DNA of 64,000 bases, taken from positions 744,001 through 808,000 of the forward strand of contig JASVEC010000010.1 of assembly GCA_030770535.1 (NCBI GenBank), written 5' to 3'. Source of the DNA: Batkoa obscura. Lineage: Eukaryota. The position numbers and the translations under genes were made by a program. Below the pieces are notes generated by a model. The model did no database searches and was not told where the DNA came from. It saw only the letters and a program-made list of their open reading frames with translations. Positions 54,923-64,000 of this stretch are shown here, in pieces (the first letter of the stretch is position 1; each line of letters opens with the position of its first letter).

Positions 54923-55332
54923 ATGAATACCAACACTTACAAGGTATTCTTGAACAGATAAAAAGTTACGGAAAATTATCTCCTAGTAAAGAATATGAGG
55001 CAAATGTTACTGCTGTTACACACATTCTTTCAGAACTTACATATGAAACACATGAGAAAGGACATGTTGTTATAATATATTATATTATGAGAGATATTCT
55101 TGTTGATGTAGTTGAAATTTTCAAAAGGTTAAAGACTGATGAAGCTATACTTGAAAACAGCTATCATCCTGAAAGATTCATAATGGTACCTGAAGGATCC
55201 CCTTTATTGGCTATACAATGTAAGCATTATGCATATCAAAATCAGCAGCTTACTGAAGAAGATAATGATCAAATATTAAGTTACATGCTTGCTATAAGAT
55301 ATCCATATCCTATGCTACTATCCAGATACTGA
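54923..55332 (+). other. Possible coding remnant or unknown gene
   Basis: Protein-like frames from ATG 54923 and ORF 55087-55332; no recognisable family. Confidence 0.25.
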
Positions 55333-55901
55333 GCAGAGTTTTTGCCTACTGCAATTATGAAATCAGAGTGATTGTTCAAATAGAAACAGATAATGCTTCT
55401 CAAGACATTATGTAAGATTTTGATAAAATAGTTAATCATGTTTGCAGCATGCAGGTATCATAAAAATTGTTATTAAAAAAGGTGTATTTGCTGAAACCAC
55501 TTCCTTAAGAGCTTCTCGGTATTTTTAAAAAAGTATATTATTATCATTATCTTGTTATTCCTAATTTTTATACTATATCTAGTAGCAAAAATAGCGATAT
55601 TTTCACAAAAATCTGTTCATAAACTCATATACCTCATAATCATTCAAAGTTTTTTAATTTGAACTGGTTAGCTATTTTTTCTATTTTTTAATAAACATAC
55701 TTTGCTAATAATTAGATTTGAATATTGAATTTTTACAATTGAAATGAAAATAAAATTTCAAAATAATAAAGTAAAATATTTAAACTTGGTAATTTAATAT
55801 AAGTTAATTATAATATTTGATAGTTTTTATAGTATTGGTTTGAGGGCTAGTATAGTTGTGTTGTGAGTCAAATTTAAAACTTGGAGTTTATAAAACAAAA
55901 T

Positions 55902-55999
55902 GAGGAGGTGTTTTCTATGACTTTATCAGTTTCTCCATTTTTTAAGGGCTATTTGAGTAGAATAATTACTAGTGAAATTCTTATAAAAAATACATCCCC
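55902..55999 (-). mobile_element. MITE copy (variant subfamily)
   Basis: AAAT flanks; shares private variants with the 56755 copy. Confidence 0.8.
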
Positions 56000-56754
56000 A
56001 AATATTGAATAATAACAATATTGTAAATGTAGTAGTATTCAAGCGTAGAATTATCAAGCCAAATTTTGATGACAAGTATTATATCATGTTTAAGATATCA
56101 TATCACTATCTGTATTTTAAATATTATTATTATTTAATATTTCAATAGATTTAATGAAAGTAATTTTCACGATTATGCTTTGAGCCTATTTTTTAAAATG
56201 GCTTTAAATGAAATAAACAACATAACTACTGTTATAATAACTCCCTCTATCCTCCGAATTATCCATACATAAATAGTTTGTTATCACAGCTTTTAACTTT
56301 CATAATAAAATGATTTTTTTAATAATAATGACAAGGCTTCTCCTCTCTTGTTAAGTTTCCATACTATTTATTTAAACCTACATCATTAACTAGATTTTTA
56401 TTTGAAAATATACTTAAGCTAGTATTAAAAACCATATCATTACTAAAATGATTTATAAATGTACAACATCTGGAATGATCTAGTTTAATTATTCTTTGCT
56501 TTTTTTAAAGGCTAATAATTACAATTGTAATTTACGAATTTTATCTAAGCATGCTATAAATAATATTAAGTTATACTGAAATGATTCGATGATTTAAATG
56601 AAAGTGTAAATACATGCTAATATTCTCAAAGATTGAGACTGTCTCTCCTTTAATTTTATCTAATTTTAAACTTAATTGATACAAGATAAAAATCAAATGC
56701 TTTGACTATACTTAAATTTTGAGTATTTCAAGTATATACTACTAATGACAATAT

Positions 56755-56851
56755 GGAGATGTACTTTTTGTTTAAGAATTTTACTAGTAATTATTCTACT
56801 CAAATAGCCCTTAAAAAAATGCAGAAACTGATAAAACTAAAGAACACCCAC
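56755..56851 (+). mobile_element. MITE copy (variant subfamily)
   Basis: TAGTAATTATTCTACTCAAATAGCCCTT core. Confidence 0.8.
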
Positions 56852-58339
56852 GTATATATTAGTATAACTATCTTGTCTTAATTTAAAGAATTTTCTTTCA
56901 AGTGTTGAATTATGTTGATTCTAAAGCCTAAATTTAGAATCTAATTGATCAAAAGTATAAAATGTATTTGTATCTATCTCATCTTGTAAAATGGAAAAAC
57001 ACTGGAAAATTATCCTGAGTTTTATTCTTATTGAATTTAATCTACCTTTTATTAATGAAACTATTTAAAAAATAGTTTTTAGGCTATTTTTTTACCATTA
57101 AAGTAGCTCTATAATGCATTGGCCTATTGTCATTAAAAATTAATTGCTAACTTATCTCAAATATAGTCTATAAATAGATCTATTACTATATTAGTGAACT
57201 GACTATATCATATACTTTCCATTCTATTATGTTGCCAATCAACTCAAGCTCTTTTTTAATTTTATTCACATATTCTTTTATATTAGTCATGACTTTTTAT
57301 CTGGTATTTAAGCCTTTCCATTAAATGGCATAATTTATTCTCGATTACTATGCATTCATTATTAGTTGACAAAACACTATTGAATAGTTTTTTACAATCA
57401 AAGTAACTTAATAAAAATGGCATTTTAAAGTTATATTTTACTTATTTCTTATATATGTTTTTGGTTCATCCTTTTATGGTGGGTTTTTATATAACAATAA
57501 AAAGTTATTAATAATACTAGGTTTTGGAAGATTTTGTGACTACTTTTTAATAGTTATAAATACATAAACTATCTTAAATAATTCAAGGTTAGCTATATAA
57601 TGTTAATATAGTTTAATCTTGCCAAAATTTCGTAAAATGTTAAAGCTATCATTATTGATCTATGTGAGAACACATATTGTTTTAATATTTTGACAGTTTT
57701 TGTGCAATACGAAATACAAAAGTTGACCAAATACTGAAAAACACATCAAACAAATAATATCGAAATATTATTTCAATAACAAAATATATAATAAAAATAA
57801 AAGGTAGTCGTTAAATATAATAAGGTATAGGAATAAAGCCACATACCCATTTTTTATTTCATTTTTATAACATAAATGTGTTCCTTTATTTAAAGATTAT
57901 TTTTAGATTTAATATTAAGCTTTTTGAAGTAATATTATTATAAGTAGGTTTGAAACTGCTATTTAGTTTGAGATTAAAGCTTTGGTCATTTTCTATAAAT
58001 GTAAAACTAATTTAAAAATAAATGCTCCAAACAATTCCTAGTTTAATTTTCAGTTAAATACTAAAGTGAATATATATGCAATATAGATTATGTTGGAAAG
58101 TTTGTTGTATTCCCTACCTACATAATAAACATGTGCATGTGCTTTACGTGTATTTATATGACGTCCTAACACTAGATTTCAAACAACTCAATTCAGTCTA
58201 CTAATATAGGCAATAGTAGATAAATCCATTGATTTTAAAATACATAAAGTTCTAAGTGGCATTTGACTAGATTTATGTTTTTGGGTTGTGATGATTTGTG
58301 GTCTATAAGAAGGAAATAATACAGTTGAGTTTAAAATAT

Positions 58340-58436
58340 GGGGATGTATTTTTAGATTTAAGAATTTTACCAACAATTTTTCCGGTAAATGGCGCTTAAA
58401 AGATAGAAAAAGCAACGAAACCAAAAAAACACTCTT
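58340..58436 (+). mobile_element. MITE copy
   Basis: Family consensus, ATAT flanks; ~400 bp upstream of the Cys-rich gene. Confidence 0.8.
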
Positions 58437-58829
58437 ATATAGTATGTTTTTAAGAATTTAAGGATTTTTTTGAAATTTAAGGTCAAATAGTGATACTACT
58501 ATCTCAGTTTAAACATGAATTGGGTATTTTCGATTTTGTATTATCTGAATAAAACCATGACAACTATTTCTATTTTCATATTCAGCAAATACAAAATTGA
58601 AAATGCTCGATTTATGTTTAAATTGAGTCAATAGTATTTCGCTGAAAGAAATATATTTTACTAATTTTTTTATTTGAAACAAAAACTCTCTAAATTTAGA
58701 ACTCAAATTCAAGCACTTGTGAATATGGTCAAAACCAGAAAACTACAGGAAAATCAAAAAGTTAACTAAAGCTTTGGTAAAAAGGAAAGTATAAATTGCG
58801 ATGAAAACAGCTTACAAAACTTTATAAAA

Positions 58830-61640
58830 ATGAATAATTTTCTCTATTTAACTATTCCTTTATTGATATCCAGTGAAGTGTACAGTTATAACTGTCCAAA
58901 GCCCACTGATACCTGTCGTTCTGGCTATAATAGTTTCTCATTTTCAGACCCTAAAGCTCCACAATGCTGGTCAGAAGGCTACAATGGTTGGCAGTGCACT
59001 GCTAAACAAAGCGATACCTGCAATGAACGCAATGGTCAAATTGATATTGGAAAATGTAAGCAGCCAACTCTTGAATGCCCAAAGGCCACCGACTCTTGTT
59101 TAGTTGGTGATATTGCCTACCTTGCATCTCAATCATTTGCGCCAAAATGTTGGGCAAAAAATCCATCAGCTACATTTGGATGGTCCTGCCAAGGAAATTC
59201 AAGTACTAAATGTGATGCTTCTAAAGGCGAAATCGATTTAACTACTTGCAAAATTCCTCCTCCAATCCCAGTACCTGAATGTCCAAAAGCTACAGATACT
59301 TGTCAATCTGGTACTTCAAGCTTTAAAGCAAATGATCCAAAAGCACCAAAATGTTGGTCTAAAGCTACTTCAGGTTGGGTGTGTCAAGGAAATTCAAGTA
59401 CTAAATGTGATGCTTCTAAAGGCGAAATCGATTTAACTACTTGCAAAATTCCTCCTCCAATCCCAGTACCTGAATGTCCAAAAGCTACAGATACTTGTCA
59501 ATCTGGTACTTCAAGCTTTAAAGCAAACGATCCAAAAGCACCAAAATGTTGGTCTAAATCTTCAACTTCTCAATATGGATGGTCCTGTCAAGGAGATTCA
59601 AGTACTAAATGTGATGCTTCTAAAGGCGAAATCGATTTAACTACTTGCAAAATTCCTCCTCCAATCCCAGTACCTGAATGTCCAAAAGCTACAGATACTT
59701 GTCAATCTGGTACTTCAAGCTTTAAAGCAAACGATCCAAAAGCACCAAAATGTTGGTCTAAATCTTCAACTTCTCAATATGGATGGTCCTGTCAAGGAGA
59801 TTCAAGTACTAAATGTGATGCTTCTAAAGGCGAAATCGATTTAACTACTTGCAAAATTCCTCCTCCAATCCCAGTACCTGAATGTCCAAAAGCTACAGAT
59901 ACTTGTCAATCTGGTACTTCAAGCTTTAAAGCAAACGATCCAAAAGCACCAAAATGTTGGTCTAAATCTTCAACTTCTCAATATGGATGGTCCTGTCAAG
60001 GAGATTCAAGTACTAAATGTGATGCTTCTAAAGGTGAGCTTGACTTAACTACTTGCAAAATTCCTCCTCCAATCCCAGTACCTGAATGTCCAAAAGCTAC
60101 AGATACTTGTCAATCTGGTACTTCAAGCTTTAAAGCAAACGATCCAAAAGCACCAAAATGTTGGTCTAAATCTTCAACTTCTCAATATGGATGGTCCTGT
60201 CAAGGAGATTCAAGTACTAAATGTGATGCTTCTAAAGGTGAGCTTGACTTAACTACTTGCAAAATTCCTCCTCCAATCCCAGTACCTGAATGTCCAAAAG
60301 CTACAGATACTTGTCAATCTGGTACTTCAAGCTTTAAAGCAAACGATCCAAAAGCACCAAAATGTTGGTCTAAATCTTCAACTTCTCAATATGGATGGTC
60401 CTGCCAAGGAAATTCAAGTACTAAATGTGATGCTTCTAAAGGCGAAATCGATTTAACTACTTGCAAAATTCCTCCTCCAATCCCAGTACCTGAATGTCCA
60501 AAAGCTACAGATACTTGTCAATCTGGTACTTCAAGCTTTAAAGCAAATGATCCAAAAGCACCAAAATGTTGGTCTAAAGCTACTTCAGGTTGGGTGTGTC
60601 AAGGAAATTCAAGTACTAAATGTGATGCTTCTAAAGGCGAAATCGATTTAACTACTTGCAAAATTCCTCCTCCAATCCCAGTACCTGAATGTCCAAAAGC
60701 TACAGATACTTGTCAATCTGGTACTTCAAGCTTTAAAGCAAACGATCCAAAAGCACCAAAATGTTGGTCTAAATCTTCAACTTCTCAATATGGATGGTCC
60801 TGTCAAGGAGATTCAAGTACTAAATGTGATGCTTCTAAAGGTGAGCTTGACTTAACTACTTGCAAAATTCCTCCTCCAATCCCAGTACCTGAATGTCCAA
60901 AAGCTACAGATACTTGTCAATCTGGTACTTCAAGCTTTAAAGCAAACGATCCAAAAGCACCAAAATGTTGGTCTAAATCTTCAACTTCTCAATATGGATG
61001 GTCCTGTCAAGGAGATTCAAGTACTAAATGTGATGCTTCTAAAGGCGAGCTTGATTTAACTACTTGCAAAATTCCTCCTCCAATCCCAGTACCTGAATGT
61101 CCAAAAGCTACAGATACTTGTCAATCTGGTACTTCAAGCTTTAAAGCAAACGATCCAAAAGCACCAAAATGTTGGTCTAAATCTTCAACTTCTCAATATG
61201 GATGGTCCTGTCAAGGAGATTCAAGTACTAAATGTGATGCTTCTAAAGGCGAGCTTGACTTAACTACTTGCAAAATTCCCCCTCCAACCCCAAAATGCCC
61301 AACTAAGGACGATTATTGTAGATATGGGTACTCCTACGTCTATGCTACTAATTCTAAAGCACCTGCTTGCTGGACCAAATCGAATTACGGTTGGACTTGT
61401 ACCAACAAAAACGGATCTTCTTGTGGTGACAACCAAGTTGATATTTCGACCTGCTTCCCAAAGCCAACTCCACCCAAATGCCCAGGATCATCTGATAAAT
61501 GCTATGATAGTTATGGTCGTAATTATGCTCTTAAAGGATATGGGACTCCTAGATGTTGGACAAAATCAAATTATGGATGGTCTTGTAGAAACTCTTACAG
61601 TGGATGTACTTCCAGCGAAGTTGATATCAAGTCATGCTAA
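58830..61640 (+). CDS. Secreted cysteine-rich tandem-repeat protein (14 six-Cys modules)
   Basis: Intronless 936-aa ORF, signal peptide, modules C-x6-C...CW...GW-x-C...C...D-x3-C joined by Pro-rich linkers. Confidence 0.9.
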   Translation: MNNFLYLTIPLLISSEVYSYNCPKPTDTCRSGYNSFSFSDPKAPQCWSEGYNGWQCTAKQSDTCNERNGQIDIGKCKQPTLECPKATDSCLVGDIAYLASQSFAPKCWAKNPSATFGWSCQGNSSTKCDASKGEIDLTTCKIPPPIPVPECPKATDTCQSGTSSFKANDPKAPKCWSKATSGWVCQGNSSTKCDASKGEIDLTTCKIPPPIPVPECPKATDTCQSGTSSFKANDPKAPKCWSKSSTSQYGWSCQGDSSTKCDASKGEIDLTTCKIPPPIPVPECPKATDTCQSGTSSFKANDPKAPKCWSKSSTSQYGWSCQGDSSTKCDASKGEIDLTTCKIPPPIPVPECPKATDTCQSGTSSFKANDPKAPKCWSKSSTSQYGWSCQGDSSTKCDASKGELDLTTCKIPPPIPVPECPKATDTCQSGTSSFKANDPKAPKCWSKSSTSQYGWSCQGDSSTKCDASKGELDLTTCKIPPPIPVPECPKATDTCQSGTSSFKANDPKAPKCWSKSSTSQYGWSCQGNSSTKCDASKGEIDLTTCKIPPPIPVPECPKATDTCQSGTSSFKANDPKAPKCWSKATSGWVCQGNSSTKCDASKGEIDLTTCKIPPPIPVPECPKATDTCQSGTSSFKANDPKAPKCWSKSSTSQYGWSCQGDSSTKCDASKGELDLTTCKIPPPIPVPECPKATDTCQSGTSSFKANDPKAPKCWSKSSTSQYGWSCQGDSSTKCDASKGELDLTTCKIPPPIPVPECPKATDTCQSGTSSFKANDPKAPKCWSKSSTSQYGWSCQGDSSTKCDASKGELDLTTCKIPPPTPKCPTKDDYCRYGYSYVYATNSKAPACWTKSNYGWTCTNKNGSSCGDNQVDISTCFPKPTPPKCPGSSDKCYDSYGRNYALKGYGTPRCWTKSNYGWSCRNSYSGCTSSEVDIKSC
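59199..61287 (+). repeat. Coding tandem repeat, 204-bp unit (195-bp variant), 10 near-identical copies
   Basis: TGAATGTCCAAAAGCTACAG recurs at 59276, 59471 and 60491 (offsets of 195 and 5x204). Confidence 0.95.
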
Positions 61641-62119
61641 TTTATAACCCTTATTAAAATAAATTATTTTACGTGAAATTGTCGTTTTTGATTTTTCCAA
61701 GCTGTTATTATTTATAGGGCTTTTTATATATAAACTATAAAAACTTGAATTTTAATGACTCATAGTCATAAAACATAGCTCATAGTTATTAAACGTTTAT
61801 ATTCCATGTTAGTGCATTATTCTAACATTATAAAAATGAATGCAAGTTATAGTTAATAAGCACCATTACCATCTAAATCTCTAAAAATTAATATTATAAA
61901 TCAATATTTTATAATATTAGACTATAAATATAAGTATTATTGGACAAAAAAGAAGAAGAGCCATGAGCTGATTTTTCAAATATATACTAAAAACTTAAAC
62001 AAAAAAAATACACCCCTAAATTTTAGTTGACATTTTAATCTACATAATTACAAACCAAATAATTGTCTTTTTAAGAAATATTAGTATTTTTAAATTTAAA
62101 TTTAATCTTAAATGCATAG

Positions 62120-62199
62120 TGTTTAAGAATTTACTAACAATTTTTCCACTCGAACAGTGTTAAAAAATGGAAAAGTGATGAAACCAAAAAACAGCCCCC
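62120..62199 (+). mobile_element. 5'-truncated MITE copy
   Basis: TGTTTAAGAATTTACTAACAA...AAAAAACAGCCCC. Confidence 0.7.
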
Positions 62200-62998
62200 A
62201 TTTGATATTTTTAATCAGATGTAGAATAGTTCAAATAGTAAAATTAATCTAGCTAAATTTTTGATGAATTAAAATGAATAGTTTTTTATAATATTTAAAT
62301 TTTATTTTATTCTTAAAGCGTTTTCAATAAACACCATATAACAGCGCTTGAAGACTATTATATTAGTCTATCTTATTTAAAATCATATAGTTGAAAACTG
62401 ATGGAAATATTACTATGAAAGAATGTTCTATACAAACAACAATAAACTTCGGCCACAGAAACTATCTCACAATGCTTTTTATCTATATCAGATATGGGTA
62501 GTTTTATTATTTTATTTATTGTTAAAATATACATATTATGTTTACTTTGCTTATCAATTAGCTAACTGTTTGTTCAATTTTCAAGCCTAAAAAATAATAA
62601 AGATAGTCGAAGAAGAAAAATTCTCCAGTATAAAATTTAAATGAATGTTTTGAAGTTTAATATTATTAAATATATTAAAATATATTCCTTTGGTAGTATA
62701 TATAATATGAAATTTTTAGCCCATTATTACTGTTTATAATTTTGTTAGTTTATATCACATTGTACTTATATGTGACATTTTTCTATCAGTTTGGTCTCTC
62801 AATGAATGTTTAGTAGTTGGAAAATCATTAAAGCTGTCATTAGCATCTGACTATTCTTTTATCAATAAATTAAATATAGTCCACTTCATAACTAGATTAA
62901 TTACCTCATGGTGTTTTGTGGTATACAATATAAATAAAATTCCCCATAACGAATATCCAACCCTTAAATTATTAGTCTTAAAATCAAATTTTATATAT

Positions 62999-63097
62999 GG
63001 GGATGTATTTTTGTGTTTAAGAATTTTACCAACAAATTTTCCGCTTAAATAGCGCTTAAAAAATGGAAAAAATAATGATGTCAAAAAAAACACTCCC
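62999..63097 (+). mobile_element. MITE copy
   Basis: Near-consensus, ATAT flanks. Confidence 0.88.
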
Positions 63098-63143
63098 ATA
63101 TAATATTTTATTAAAACATCTCCGTTTAGATCCAAAATAAAAT

Positions 63144-63241
63144 GGGGCTGTTTTTTTTGGTTTCATTATTTTTCCATTTTTTAAGTACTATTTGAGTGGA
63201 AAATTTGTTAGTAAAATTCTGAAATATATAAATACATCCCC
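63144..63241 (-). mobile_element. MITE copy
   Basis: AAAT|GGGG...CCCC|AAAT. Confidence 0.88.
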
Positions 63242-64000
63242 AAATACTAAAATGTTTTAAAAATTTATTCACCTTTTAAAGTTAGGGTATATTATAAGAG
63301 CATTAAAGACGTTACAAAAAACAGTTATAAATATACTGTTTTAACTTATAGTTTGTTTTATTAAGCTTAGTATTAAAAAACTGACAAAAGAACAATAGAA
63401 AGCATTAAAAAGACTAGATAACCTGAAACAAAATGAATTTTTAAATCATTTTACGAATAAAACTATAAATTTAAAGTGTAGGCTAGAAATGCTTAGATGA
63501 AAATGTTATAATAGTGAAGTCATATCAAAACTAAATAGTGAATTTGACTTTAAATATTAATACCATTATAAACAGTCTTTTCCAATTTTTATTATCTATA
63601 TAAGGTACTTGAAGGCTTCGTCTTTCAAAATAAAAAACTATTATAAATACACTATTTAGCATTATACATTGATAGCATTTATCTCTAAATAAAATATTAT
63701 CTAATAAAACTAAACTTTATATTGAATTGTAACTAATTATTTTAATATGTTGTATTATTCTTAATAATAAAATAAAGTTATTAATGAAACAATAGTTTAA
63801 TATCAAATAAAACTATTTGAGAAACCAACTTAAGTTTTTTTATTTTAATAAACAAACACATACAAACAAGATAGAATGAAAGTTTAAAAGTATTAAGAAT
63901 TCGTTTATTAAAACAAATTTTAATTAAATATAATCTTATAACTTACTGATTATTTTAATGTAACCACTTCAATTGAAAATACGGTTCTCATTAATAAATA

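Noticed and set aside
58873..61647. Alternate-frame ORFs 58873-59103 and 61324-61647
   Set aside because: Nested out-of-frame in the Cys-rich CDS with no independent evidence.
53637..63135. ORFs 53637, 58188 and 62851
   Set aside because: Each overlaps a MITE copy, and their shared peptide similarity comes from the repeat.

Overview
AT-rich eukaryotic DNA with many short (~40-60 nt) GT-AG introns. The proteins are fungal, and composition plus intron size suggest an early-diverging fungus such as Conidiobolus/Neoconidiobolus (inference only). Housekeeping genes are SEC17, TOA2, RVB1, POL2, TIM8, SF3B5, MPP6-like, PRKRIP1-like, SHO1, UTR4, a cytochrome b5-like steroid-binding protein, a hot-dog thioesterase, a UBL3/MUB-like protein and cytochrome c. 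Odd or lineage-specific genes are a divergent truncated XRN1-like nuclease, a CFAP20/BUG22 homolog, an SQ-FHA pseudokinase, an OCA-type pseudophosphatase, a homeobox gene, a doubly frameshifted Kelch-like membrane gene and a 936-aa secreted protein made of 14 six-cysteine modules. Gene-poor intervals carry about 27 copies of a ~98-bp MITE with 4-bp AT-rich target-site duplications and three copies of a ~463-bp solo-LTR-like element, two of which form a near-identical inverted pair. Exon boundaries were read by eye and some gene ends are approximate. No rRNA, tRNA or CRISPR array was recognised.
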